Of a DNA stretch of 64,000 nucleotides, positions 26,852 to 40,148 are shown piece by piece. The notes beneath the pieces are model-generated. The model searched no databases. It was not told where the DNA came from and saw nothing but the letters and a program-made list of their open reading frames with translations. The position numbers and the translations under genes are program-made. The number at the start of each line of letters is the position of its first letter. Positions within the stretch are counted from its first letter, which is position 1. The stretch lies in assembly GCF_009914755.1 (NCBI RefSeq), contig NC_060928.1; one strand, given 5' to 3'. This stretch comes from the human T2T-CHM13v2.0 reference genome, Homo sapiens.

Positions 26852-28490
26852 TTAAAATATGCAAAGTAGTTTGAATTTCTTAGAAAATACTTATTAAAGA
26901 GTTTCCTCATTCCAATTTTAAGATCATATATTTTTCTACTCTTCAGTGAATAATCAGCTGCCTACTTTCCTATCTGGGATTCAAACTAGATAAAACTTCA
27001 TCTTTGCTAGGGAGAATTTTTTCTTTATTTCTGTGTATTTCTTTCTGTAGTTTCATAACAGCCTGACCTATAAACCAAGGGGAATTATGTTAATGACCTA
27101 ATCTCATGCTCTCTTGAACAACAGTCTTGCTCTGTGATATAAACTGAGGGATAGGATCTACTCATTAAATTTCTGTAAATCTAAGTTTTGTATTCTAAAC
27201 AATGGAACAAACTTATGGCCTGGCTCAGCCTTTAAATTCCATGATTCAGTAACTGCTTAAATAAAAGTGTGACAGTATGCTTGCTACTGGAATTGAAACA
27301 CACTAATTACTAGTCTTCTGAGGAATTTCTGCTACAAGAGTTAAAGTTTCTGAAATGCTATCAGGCCTTGATACAGGTAAATTACCATGAATTGTCACTC
27401 AGAAGAAGCTTAATAGGCATTAATACTACACGAGAAAACTGAAATGTATATGACATTGATAAGGGGGTAATTCCATGGGGGTAGAACTATGATGAAGCAC
27501 GTCAGTGAATCAGTTCATATTCTATGAATTGATTTTGTGTCAGGATTTTCCTTCTTTCTGTGACTTACCTGCTGCATTTCTTTGGATCTTTGACGCCCAA
27601 GAATGTAAAGCACAATTTTATTTTATGGACCACCAAGAAAAAAATGCTTTCAGTAAAGCAATGGCATACCATCAATAGCAAATGAATATTAAAATATTAA
27701 AATGCTTTTTAAGCCCACATTTTAAAGCCAATGAAATATAGTTGGTAAAGAGTTTTGACTTAATCAGCACAATCAAATAGTCAGTACAATCATTTTATTC
27801 ATCTGACTTTTGGAGAGCATTAACTAGCAGAAAAAAAGTGATGATTAATTTAGTTAAAAATGTGAGTATACAAGTGCACAGACAATTCAATGATCTCCTT
27901 TGTGCAGAAAACACACAATACTATTTGTGGATTTTCTCTTGATCTTGATTTGAAATGTGAATGCCTTTCAGTAAAGTTCTCATTTTGTTACATGGGCTGC
28001 ATATTTCGGGGCATTTTTAAAAACTCTGTCACAATAAGGCTCTAGACAAGTAGGATCTTAAAATTTAGTAAATAGCCAAATCTTTTTCTGCATGCCTTAT
28101 ACTTTCAGATACCCTTTAGACATTCAAAAAAAAGTGTAATGTTATATTACAAAACCATAACATTATGTTTTTACTATATGATATAATGAAAGGAGCTTTG
28201 CCACTGTTACTATTACTGTTTTTAATAATTATTATTACTATTCCCTTCATATATTCTTTTGAAGAGACAAAATAAAAATAGCTGGCAAAAAGAATAAGTA
28301 TGAATGCCACCACAACAGCTCTCATCATCTGTGACAAACATCTCTACTTGGTCGTCTTGCCCCTGACTCCCGCTCCCCAAAATCTCAAGCTTGGTATTAG
28401 ACTTTCTCACAGCACAACACTTCAGATGGCCAATGTCAATAGATCAGACTTTGCCTATGAAGAAAAGCTATGAAGGTATAATTTTTTCTA

Positions 28491-28806
<316 letters not shown>

Positions 28807-29639
28807 AGGAGAAAGTGTTTTTTTTTGTACACCTACATAATAGCACAAGCAGGTGCATGCAAAAATGGCACGAAATGTTCTGAGGCATCATTTTGCTAAG
28901 GTAAGTATCCTCCTTTCATTCCTTTGTTTAAGGTCTAGCTATTGCTTCCTTTCCCCAGATACAAATACATCTAGAAAGAGTACACACATCTAAGGATGGT
29001 CAATGGTATAATATGACCCATCTGATCTTATGAGATTGTTTAGCTGCCACTCTCCGCTAGCATAGCATGTAGGTTAAAGCTCAACTGTGCAGATTATTGC
29101 AACTACAAATTCAAAACCTTCACTGAGCCTTAAATATTACCCAGAAATGCCTTGGCTTGGGTGATTACCAATCTCTCTCCTTTTAGAAGCTATTTTGAAA
29201 TTCCACCCCTCTCCCAGCCTCCTACCTCATACCCTCAGTCTCAACGGACTCCTTCTTTTTGGGATAATTAAACGCCATAGGGTATTTACCCCCTAACTTT
29301 CAAGTCCCTCCTTTTGGCAATAGTTCTCCAACCCAGCTGTTTCAACCCCAGGCTTTGAGTCAGCCTGTCCCGCTGAGGTTTCCCAGCCGAGGCCCCAAGC
29401 ACCATGTGACAGACAAGCCATCTCACTCTGCTCCTCTGAGGTGCTGTCCCACCACGCAGTCCATAAGCATAAAATCCATGAGTTGTATTCCACTAAGTTT
29501 GAGGAAGGTTTATTAAACAACAATAAAATAACTATAATACCTGTTTAGTCAAAAATTCACTTTTCTTAGCTTAGGACTAAAATAAAGACCAAAACAAAAT
29601 TGCTCATCTCTTTCTCATAGTAACTCCCTTACTGGAGTC

Positions 29640-31405
29640 ACATCTTCCCTAGCTGCTTCTCTTTCCTGGCAAGCTTCTTTGAGGATAAGGTACATATACA
29701 GTCACCTCATTTTTTCCTCAAATATGACCCACCTGAAACTGTTTCTGCCCAGGACACTAATGATCAAAGCCAATGAACACAATTCAGACTTTCTTGTATT
29801 TGTTCTTTATGTAGCAATGGACTCAACTGAGCATCCACTGTTTCTGGAATCTTTTTTTCCTTTGACTTCACCAACTCCACACTTCAGGCTTTTCTTCATT
29901 GGCTGTTGCTCAGTCATCTCTCCCAAGATCTACTATTTCCATCTACTTCTTAGGCTTTTTTTTCCCCCTAGGATCCTGTTATGTAGATGGGTGAGAGATG
30001 ATGGGTGATGGCCTAAAATGGTCCCCATACTGTTTGCTTCTTCACAGCAGGATAAGGCCCTTAGCCCAAAGCCTGCCAGCACCACCTCAAAATCTTACGC
30101 ATCTAATTGCTCTAAATATAGTCAAAAATAAATTAATTTTAGCCCATTTAGAGCCTACCTTCTTAAATGCCCCATGAAACTCCACCCAACATCTGCTAAC
30201 GATACATAAGACAAATCTTGTAGCTGTGAAAGACACCAAACCACAGCTCCCTTCAGAGGACTCTGACCCAGAGGCTCCCCAGTTTGTTGCTGAGTGACAT
30301 CACCCACACATGTAAGTCTCCTCTCTACTTTCCCCTTCTGCCCCTTCTAGGTGGTACCCCACATCATTGTCTCTAGAAGTTCTCTTGCTAGGAGGGACTA
30401 CTCCTGTCATGCAACCTCCTGCAAGTGCCACCCAAATAAACTTGTGCTTTTAGTGGTCTTGTTTCTTCCTTGACCAACCCCCAAATTACCAGAATCCACC
30501 AGAGATCCCAATCTTAATCTTCTCCTTTTTTCATTCTTAACACACAAATACACCCTCTGCTATCAACTACATGCTTGCATGTACCCAACCCTCAATCTTT
30601 ACCAAAAGTACAGATCCCTCTCAGGTTTCCTTGGACATTGTGCTTCTCTGCTTATGGACCTGATCAGTAGCATCATTCTTCTCCCTCAAGCCAGAACCTA
30701 AGAATTGTCCCATGTATTCCCGTCTCTCACTCTCACTCACAAATCCAACTGGTCTCAGATTGCCACTGATTTTATCTCCTAAGTATCTCTCACGTGTGTT
30801 CTTTCACCTCTATCAAGCTCTACTTATTTCTTTTCTAAATGGTCTAAATCCATCAGTTTCTTTCACAGCCATCCAGTCATACAGCTTCCCAGTTTAAATC
30901 TTTTAGCTGCTTTCCATCCAGGTGTCTCAAGTGAAGGGCCAAAAACATCCTTTTTAATCAACATTTTCAGTATCATCCTCTACCCTATACACTGCAGTCA
31001 TACGAAACCATTTACATGATTCTGAATGCCTCATACTCTCTCACCTTCATGCTATTACAACACTTCTCGATTCTCCATCCCCTCCATCTGCCTGTTTAAC
31101 TCTTACCAACCCTTTACATTTCAGTTCAAGTGTCTTCTCAGGTATAAAGCCCTCTGTTACATCCCCAGTTTATTTTTAAGAATGAATTACCCAGGAATAT
31201 AAATAAGAAATAAACCTAGAGTTTATTTCAATTGCAGAACTTATCACATTGTATTGCCATTAATTATGTAGCTGCACATATCTACAACTATACTCTGATT
31301 TCTTACTGACAGTGACTGTTTTTTTTTCATCTCTTAAACTTAGGAGCCTGGAAGGGCATCTAACACATTATAAGATACTGAAGAAGTTTTGTTGAAAGAT
31401 TGAAA
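29640..31405 (+). mobile_element. Degenerate L2 LINE interrupted by an LTR
   Basis: Pyrimidine-rich L2-like body (caagccagaacctaagaattgtcc...; cctttacatttcagttcaagtgtcttctc) ending in ttttgttgaaagattgaa. Confidence 0.6.
29977..30503 (+). mobile_element. Probable solo LTR (ERVL-like, family uncertain)
   Basis: Starts with TG, AATAAA at about 30435, 5-bp TSD GATCC at 29972-29976 and 30504-30508. Confidence 0.6.
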
Positions 31406-34400
31406 AACTAGGAATAGGGTAGGACTACAAAAATTTTTGAATATCACAAATCAAGCCCATTTGTTCATCTCAAACATTAAAAAAGTGTCTTCAGCATTTG
31501 CAGCTATGATGGATGATTGCTACTTTATGCATATACATTTTATGCATAGTTTGCTTACTAATACACTCCTTCTGATGATCTGCCTCATATTTTTGGATAT
31601 TCTTATGTGTTAGCTCTGCCTCCTCTATTAGGTATAAACTTGAATATGGACCCTACTTCCTTTGAAAATGCTTATAATGTCTACTTGAGGAACGGTCTCA
31701 TATTTTTTTCTACCTGTTCAATAACATATTTTAATAGCTGTATTACGTGTGAGAATAAGACTAAGAATGTGGTAACATACATTTTAAAAGGCATATCATT
31801 CAACTTTTGGTCCTGAGCTTATGCTTTGAACAGTTCTGTAAACATTCTTTTTAAAGATTAAAACAAACCAATATACCAAATATAAACAAACCGTTTCCCT
31901 TTCATTTCCACTTAAATATAGTAAAGCTATATTTAGACTTATAATTAGATTTAAAATATTAACTACAAAAAATAGATAGGAAATGGAAACATTTTTAAAA
32001 ATATTACAGGATACTTATCTTTTCTCAGAGGAGTTTTAAACTACAAAAGGAAATAATTGTATGGCCTATATATGGATTGACATAATAAAATGTTATATTT
32101 TCAAAGGAATCCATGCTCTCTTCTTGTACATATATATATATATATATTTGTGCTGCAAAACTGAAAAACAATGTAATTAAAGAATGAAGTACTGATATGT
32201 AAGACAGCCATAACTTTTTGAAATGAATACATGAAATACAGTTAATACTAGCTGCAGAGAAGAGAATGTGCCAATAATAATGGAAAACTTTAGCATCAGT
32301 ATTTTCTTTGTAAATTTTAATATAGAGGGAAAATAAACAATGCCTATGGCTATCAAATTTTTCTGAAGATCTAAAAATATGATTTTTCTACACATATGTT
32401 TGTAATGCATGCTAATTAATGGCATAAAGTCATAAGTAGTCAGGTCTCAAAGGGGACTCCAGATCTTCGATTCAAAATATTTCATTTTACAAAGAAAACG
32501 AAGACTGAAAAATCAAGTGCCTATCTAAAGCCACACCATTAATTTGAGATCAAGCCTGGCTACAACTCAGGTGTTCTGATAAGTGTCTATTATAAAAATA
32601 TGTATGTAATACATGAACATATAAAATACATCTGTATCATATCTATGTGTGTATGTATTTTTAACATGAGTATTTGCTAGTAAAAATAATTATACATTCT
32701 CTCTGAAAGTCAGTCACTGTTTTATGGTATAATCATTAGGGCATCAAAAGGATAAATAAAGTGTTGCTTAAGGAGCACAGTGTTTATCAGAAGTCAATAC
32801 AATGTTAATGATGCCCCCGTAGGACCTCACAATTATCGTTAAGTTGCCTGGGAAATGGACTCAATGCACACAATACTTTGGGCTAAACTTCTTTTCAATA
32901 GCTTTTGGGTTTTTTTTTTGTTCAAAAAAAAATCATGTATTTCATAATAAGAAGTTGGCTCCTCATCTGAAGTCCTAAATATTGATTTATGTGACAAATT
33001 ATTACTATTCCAAAGAAATCAATGCAGCATAGAGCATCATAAAATATTTTTGATAACACATCTTTTAAGTATTAAGGATTTAAATTTACCGTGATAGAAA
33101 AAGTGGATGAAGAAACATTTACCCTTAAGGAATACAACGAAATTCTCAGAGAAATAAATGCATAAAGTAAAATAATACTGTTTTCTCTAGTTTATTTACC
33201 TCTACTTGTTCTATAACTGATATATCAAAGTCAAATATCATTTGAGATTATACCAAAACACTTTAGTAATTGCTTTCCACAAATAGTAGCTGTTATTAAA
33301 ATGCAGCAGTAGCTTTGACAAAAACCACAGCCATGTTCCTCAGCAAAATACTACCCCAGGAATTGTTGGGTGACTGTTTTATCGTTCAATAATTTGTCTT
33401 AGGAGTCCCAAGTCACCTTTAACTTTTACCTTTACAGATAAGCTTTCTTTCATAACTGATAATGAACTGTAATAACAGGGCAATAGCCAGTTTAATTTTG
33501 TAACATGCATAAAATCCAACTTAATTTCCCAAATGAGCATTTTATAAATAGTGAGTAGGAAAAATACATAAAACAGAGGTGGACATTACTACTTCTGTTC
33601 TGGTATTCCCCTTCGCTAAGATGTTACTCCATAAAATAAAAATAAAATTATTATGTTCTACAAAGAGTAATGATGATCAGTCTCAAATCCCCCCTGGGAA
33701 ATTTAAAGGTAAAAACACACTTATCTTCATATCTTCCTCTTTATGTAGCATATTGCTTAAATTTGTAAATTTATAATTTCCTCAAAAAACTCTTAATAAC
33801 TTGTCCACTCCAAGTGTTCTTAATACTGTGTATTGTCACGTGTATTTAAAGAAGAAATGCCAACTCCTGTTTTTGAGACTTGCTTGTTTGTGGGTGCAGT
33901 GGGAAGGGAAAATAGCCAGGTTAATTAGAATCTTTGTATCAGTGGCAGGTAGCCTTTTATTTTCAATACTCTAATAACAGTGACTTCAACCTAAAGGTTC
34001 ATATCATCAAAATAGAAAACAAATTTGTGGAAAATAAAAAATAAGATTTTTAAATACTTTTAATATGCAAAAGCCTGTAGCATAGACTAGTGTTTTGAAA
34101 GTCACAATGGGGTTCACTTGGAATTTGTTTTAAAGACAATGTGTATTTGAAGTGTACATGTTATGACTGTGCAAGAGATGGAAAGATAGAAATTTATGTG
34201 GCAATGTGTACTGCATTAACCGCAGAGACAGTGGAGTTAAGAAAGTCTAAAAAACAAGCCTTATTTTCTCAAGGTCATCCCTTCTTGACACTTTCATCCC
34301 CTACTCCTTACTGCAGAATCCCAGGTGCCTGCTCAGACGGCCTATTCTGTTAAGCTTTTGGGGAGAATATATTAATATTTCAGAAATAACACACAGAAGA

Positions 34401-34776
34401 ATAAAACAGGAACTGTGTTTACTTGAGTTCTTTAAAAGCTCTTGGATGACTCTTTGACTGATGAAATGGCAATCTATACAGATCCCCTGAGTATTGAATG
34501 CTGAAATCCAGCAGAAAGGGGACACAAAAAATTTTCTTTGACCTCTTCTGTAACAGTGATGTCTGCCCCAGATGTTAGAATTACAAGTCACATTGCTCCC
34601 AAGGGGTACAGTTCTCTTCGGTTTATCCCACACGACTCTACTCAGCAGGAGATGCTGTCTGTTACATAATAGTTCTCAGTATTAAAGGGTACAATAACTA
34701 CACCCTTTCTCATGGTAAAGCTATGTCCAAAGACACATGGACATCTACCCAATGTCTCTTTTCTCCCTTCTCTCCT

Positions 34777-34807
34777 TCTCTCTCTCTCTCTCTCTCACAG
34801 ACACACA

Positions 34808-34838
<31 letters not shown>

Positions 34839-34840
34839 GC
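34777..34840. repeat. Compound (CT)n-(CA)12-(CG)8 microsatellite
   Basis: Read directly. 40 bp of unbroken purine-pyrimidine alternation at 34801-34840. Confidence 0.95.
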
Positions 34841-35699
34841 CTAAAGTACCTGCCACCTAATGATTAGCTAAAAATAAAGCAAACCTGCGCAATACAGATT
34901 TGGAAACATTAGGGATGGAAATCATGTTGGGAAGGAACAGAAGGACAGGTTTTCTCTTCTTCTTTTGTGTGGGCTTTTTTCCCGTCTTTTTTTTTTTTTA
35001 ACCTATGACAATTCGTTTTTAGCCCTTCGTCTTCTCTTTGCTATTGAATATAGTCTTGAGCAGCGTTGATTTCATTTCAGCTTCACTCCCCTGCTCCTGC
35101 CACTTGCCCACACCCACAGCTGCCACTCCTTGGAGTGGGGAAACTTCCCTTCTATTCTGCTGGGCTCATTACCGCAGACGCTGTTGCCTCTCCTGAACAT
35201 TGGGTCAGCCTCCCCACCTCCACTCTTCCTTACTTCAAAGAGGTGCAAAGGAAGAGCAGTGTTTTGTCTTTTTTCTTTCTTTCTTTCTATCACCACACCA
35301 CCCCCCACCGTCCCCCACCCCAAACAAAGATAAAACCTGAGAGTCGAAGCTTGTTCTCAGGAATACTAAGAACTTAGGGGCACAGCCATCCTCACACCAG
35401 TCCAAGACTTCTCAGAGTTCACTACACAGGGTTGGGGGCTGGACCGGCAAAACTCGATTTGCCCATCAAGTTAACTTGGTCGGCCTGGGACCCGAGGCCA
35501 GGGTGAAGGGACGACATCCCGGGGCCCTGTGGCTTCTCCCTAGAGCGCCCAAACAGCGGCGTAGGTCTGGGACGCCCCCGGCCCCCGGCTTTGGAAGAGG
35601 CTGGCGCGGAGCAGGCGCCTTGGAGCAGGGTCTCGGGGGTCCCCGGAACAGTCACGTGTTCTCGAGACGCCGTTAAACCCCCGCCCCCTCTTCCCCACC

Positions 35700-35811
35700 G
35701 CCGCCTCCAGGTCCTGCTCCCGCTGCTGCCGCCACCGCCGGGGTGCAGGAGCGATCGCGCTGGGCCGCGCTCCCGGGAGCCCAGGGCCTGCAGCGGCCGG
35801 GGCGCCCCGAG
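35700..35811 (+). other. NPY5R: NPY5R non-coding first exon; TSS approximate
   Basis: Donor GAG|GTACGG after 35811, with an alternative CGG|GTAGGC after 35853, downstream of the GC box and E-box. Confidence 0.6.
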
Positions 35812-36115
35812 GTACGGGCTCCCGCCCCTCCCTGCCAACCCCTTTCGCGCCGGGTAGGCCTGCACCGAGGGGCCGTGGCGGGTCCCCGCGCGGGCTGCGA
35901 GTCTGCGCAGGTCCCTGGGAGCCCGCACCCGTCTCTGGTGCCAGGGCGTTGTCGGGGGTCCCAAGAGAGCGGGGTGGGGAAGGTGAAGGGAGCGCGGCTG
36001 GAAAAATGGGGATTAGGGTGGCGGAACAGGCACTTGTCAGGAGTGAAGAGACAGCGGAGAGGGTACTGGGCTGAATTCTTTCGTGCCGAGCAGGTCCCTC
36101 CGGTTCCCAACTCAC

Positions 36116-36300
36116 CCGGGTGGAGCAGGCGCGGGCCGAACCCGGGAGGAGAGTGTCGGGGATCCGCGAAGGAGCCTCCTGGGGATGGGGCGGGGGATGG
36201 ACAAAGCGCTGCCCCCGGCTGGACGCGCTCTGGCTGCAGCCCGGCTGGCATCCGGAGCTGGGAACAGCAGCCCGCGGGGTGCCCGGGTCAGGGCTCAACC
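36116..36300 (-). other. NPY1R: Candidate NPY1R distal alternative first exon (1B-type); 5' boundary unknown
   Basis: Near-consensus minus-strand donor CGG|GTGAGT (GT at 36115-36114) in the CpG island, about 17.6 kb upstream of the 18535 acceptor. Confidence 0.55.
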
Positions 36301-37524
36301 CTAGCGGGTCTCTGGCGAGGCCGGGGGCGCAGCCCGCGGGGCGCCACTCAGGCCGTCCAGCTGCCGCGCGGTCCAGCGCTGACCCGAGCCCGGGAGGCAG
36401 CTGCGCTCTAAGGTTTGCGCTCCTGTTTGCGAGGTGTCTTCATATAACAAATGCGAGCAATAACAAACATCCATAGAACTCGAATTCCAGAAACGGGAAT
36501 TCTTTTTTCCAAGTTCACAGACCTTTAGTTAATCTTTTAAAGGAACTGAGGCGTTGTGTTGGACCAAAGCCAAAACGATTTTACCTTAGACCATGGAAAA
36601 TAGCCTAAGGCTCTTTCAGCAGAATTTTGCAGTCCGAATGCAATTTTAGATTTCAGATTTCTCAAGGGAAGAGAAACTCTGCTGTTAGAATTTGGAAGGG
36701 AGGGTGGTGCATGCCTGTGTGTTTGTCAGCTGAGCAGAGCTGTATTTATCTTTCCAATTCAAATTGTGCCAGATTCTGGCTTTAAGAACAAACCATGGGA
36801 ATATTTGAGAACATGGAATCATGCTGCTGTTCCACGATCACAGCAAAACAGACAATAGTTGATATTGTATCATTGCAGGAGGAAAAAGAATTACATATAT
36901 TTTATTCTTTTGTGTGATTGTCATCCTTTGTGAAAAGAATGATGTGTATTTTCATAAAGCAAAAAATTATTCAAACAAAGAAACCTTATTTAAATGTACA
37001 AGTCAGACTTTTAATATCCTTTGAATTCCCTGCAGTTCCTCCTATTATTCTTGAGAACTATCTACTTTCTTAAAATACTTAAAATCTATTCAGAAGGTTT
37101 CATTTGTCTAGGTGTCAGATATAGAAGAGTTTATAAGAAAATTCCAGTAAACCTTTAAAAAGATATTATTTTTTATAAGTTGCCATAGTTTAATAAAGAA
37201 CTTTTATTTTTCACACTTTTTACTCAGAGATTAAAGTTCTGTGTTTCAGCCTGGAAATTCTGATGGTGGGAGATACAACTAATACAAAAGAGAATGAGTA
37301 AATATAGTAATTAGGTATGACAAAAGTCTCATGCTGTCAATATCAGATTTCTTGTCAAATAATATTCCATGTTAAAATATTTTTTCTCTGGCTATATTTC
37401 ATAATTTATATAGCAATTTCAGAAGATTCACATATATCATTACTTTTATAATAGATAAAATATGTTGCATAAAAATGTACAGCACTCGTAATAACACTTG
37501 TTGAAATTTGGATTTCCATTGTAG

Positions 37525-37564
37525 GTCTGCTCATTGTGTTTTTCAGGAAAAAGGAAGGGAAAGG
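37525..37564 (+). other. NPY5R: Candidate small NPY5R 5'UTR exon (40 nt, or 18 nt from 37547)
   Basis: Acceptors ttgtAG at 37524 and tttttcAG at 37546. Strong donor AGG|GTAAGT after 37564. Confidence 0.6.
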
Positions 37565-39262
37565 GTAAGTTTAATGGAAAAAATCCTGCTTTTTTGTTTG
37601 TTTTTTCATTTTAAGTGCGTTCCTGTACCTTAGATTTTCAACTTAAATCTTATTGTACAAAATTTTCCTAATGTTTAAACTATCCCCTGGCTACCAGGAG
37701 GCACTTTTAAAAAAACTACACGTCCACCACCACCCCTCCCCCACCCCCCCTCCCTGCCTCCAGCATTTGCAATATTCATTATTTAGTTGTAAGAAGAAAT
37801 TCTTCCTTCATTGGAGCAAAGATTCACAGAATGTTCATTCTGTGCAGACTATATATTAGATATTACATGTGTGTATGTTTATGTGATAGATGGTGTGGGG
37901 TGGGGCTAGAGGGAGAGCAGGAGAAAGTTGACTACAGTCACACCAAAATAAAATGAATAAATGAATGTTGAATGAATGAATGCTAAGAGAGAATTTTTTA
38001 AATTTGCTTATCAATCTATCAGTAGCTACATAAAGTATTCATTATATTCAGCAGTAATGCATGTGTCCATGCTATAGAGAAATAATATATTACTATCAGT
38101 CAGGAGAATGCCATTCATTTATTAATTCATTCATCATCCAATTTGGGGCCTTTTATATCTCAGCAATCTACAGTTACTCAGGGTGTGAGCTTGAATTAAT
38201 CTATATAGAATATTCTTGGCATAGCACCTTGCATTAGTCGTCTTTATGCTTAGAGCAGAGCAGAGCACCTAGCAGAATATATGTTCAATAAATACTTTTT
38301 GAATGAATAAAAGAAGGAACAACTAATCATTCTTAGCTGTTCATTAATAGAAGGAGCCTACCCTTTAAAATTATATATAAATTATCTACTTTCTTAAAAT
38401 ACTCAAATGTTTTAAGGAATGAAAGAAGCATCCTCAGTTTTTTCTCCAGTGTCCAATGAATACTCAAGATGGCATTTATTTCATCTTCTTACTAAGGAGA
38501 TGTGGTTTTACAATTTAATGCATTCAATATTTTATGTGCATATATTTAAAATAAAAGTTTTAATAACAGACTGCACAGTCGCGGAAATGGATATACTTCT
38601 TTTTTCATTTACATTTTTTAAATGTTGTAAATATATCTTACAGTTTTAGTTGCATGTTGCTTGTGTGATAGCCTTTATCAATGAAGTTATCCAAATTTAA
38701 AGTGCTAAACTATCTTTATTGTCTGTCTAGGTATCTCCTCCTCATTGCATTTTGGGGCCATTTGAAACATCTATAATTTCAATGGTTCTCTATAAATGTA
38801 TATATAAAGATACATATACACACATATATATGTACACACAAAAATATAGTCATACTCTATCCTGAATTTTCCCACATTGCCAGAATGATTCATTTCTGTT
38901 ATTTTAAAGCAAGGGAAATTAAACTGCTTTTCTAAAACGATTGGTAAGAAATATTTACTTAGCATCCACTATGTGTAATATGCTTTATTAAACATCATTT
39001 CTAGAATGAAAATAATTAAGAGTTTTATCTCCATTCGAATATAATAGAGAGGTCTAACCACATGGAATGGAGAAAAATCTGAATTTTAGACTCAAAACTA
39101 CATTGTTTCTATTACCACAAATTGTGCTGCATCTTCTCTTTCTTCAAAAAATTTTGGACAGCAATTTTACACTAAGTAAGTATCATCCACAGTTACATGT
39201 TCCAAAAAGGCACAAAGCCGTTGTAGAAGGGGCCATCTAATTTCTCTCTTGTTCTTGCTTAG

Positions 39263-39333
39263 GTGTTACAAGGAAAGGCTATCGGTAACAACTGACCTGC
39301 CACAAAGTTAGAAGAAAGGATTGATTCAAGAAA
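39263..39333 (+). other. NPY5R: NPY5R 5'UTR exon (71 nt)
   Basis: Long pyrimidine tract plus ttAG acceptor at 39262 and donor AAA|GTAAGT. No ATG; in-frame TGA at 39322-39324 upstream of the spliced start. Confidence 0.85.
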
Positions 39334-40148
39334 GTAAGTCAAGAGAAGAACAACTAAGCAGGATTGCAGTTACAAGCAGCCTGTACACAATTATAAATAT
39401 AAATAGGATCATGAATAAGCTGAATTGAGCCAGGGGATCATCAGAACTCAGGAAATTAGGCAAAAGCACCAGTCAAAGCTGTTTTGATTAGAAGCTTGCT
39501 GACCTATCCAGAGTAGGTGCTGAGAGGCCATTGACTGGGAATATGATGAATAATATGATTCAGTAGGTCATGCGAGTCACTTTTGTACCAGGTGTTCTTT
39601 GTCATTGAGGCAATATCAATGTAAATTGTTGGCTAGGGTCTAAGAATGAATGAATACAATCCTAAGTCTTTGAATTAACTTATCCTTTAAAAGGATGTAG
39701 TTAGCTTCCAGAAAATAATTTGGTCAACATAGAATCACTTGTAGAAGTTGTGAAAAACTTGTAACTTTTCTCATAGCACAATGATGACTCTGTCATCCTG
39801 TTTGAAACTTGCTACACATAGAACTGAAGTTAAACTTATTTGTAATGAATGTATGTACACAATAGTATTTGCCATTTGGAAATTTATTGAACGAAGACCT
39901 GCAGGTCCCTCATAAATTAAAGATAACAGTGTTTACTATTAATTTAAATAAACATGTATTTTTATAGTTTTAGTATAATTATTCAATTATAGATCTAGAA
40001 ATAAGTAGATAAACATATATTGATAGGTAACAAAAGTGGTTTTTTAACTATATATATCACAATCTCTACGACAATGTATTTATTGGAATTAATTTCTTTG
40101 TTGGTTTGTGTTTTCTGTAGGAAATTCTTGTTAAAAAAACATTAAAGT

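Larger units (their letters stand above)
35430..36435. promoter_or_regulatory. NPY5R: CpG island: NPY5R promoter and probable alternative NPY1R promoter
   Basis: Very GC- and CpG-rich. E-box GTCACGTG at 35651-35658, GC box at 35679-35687, splice donors on both strands. Confidence 0.92.

Noticed and set aside
36360-36385. REST/NRSE-like half-sites (gcggtcc...gcgctga)
   Set aside because: Spacing and sequence deviate from the canonical RE1 motif; not supportable without a PWM scan or ChIP data.
35422-36476. Several long overlapping ORFs (180-252 aa) on both strands
   Set aside because: Expected from stop-codon scarcity in a GC-rich CpG island. The translations are low-complexity Pro/Gly/Arg/Ala with no recognisable domain.
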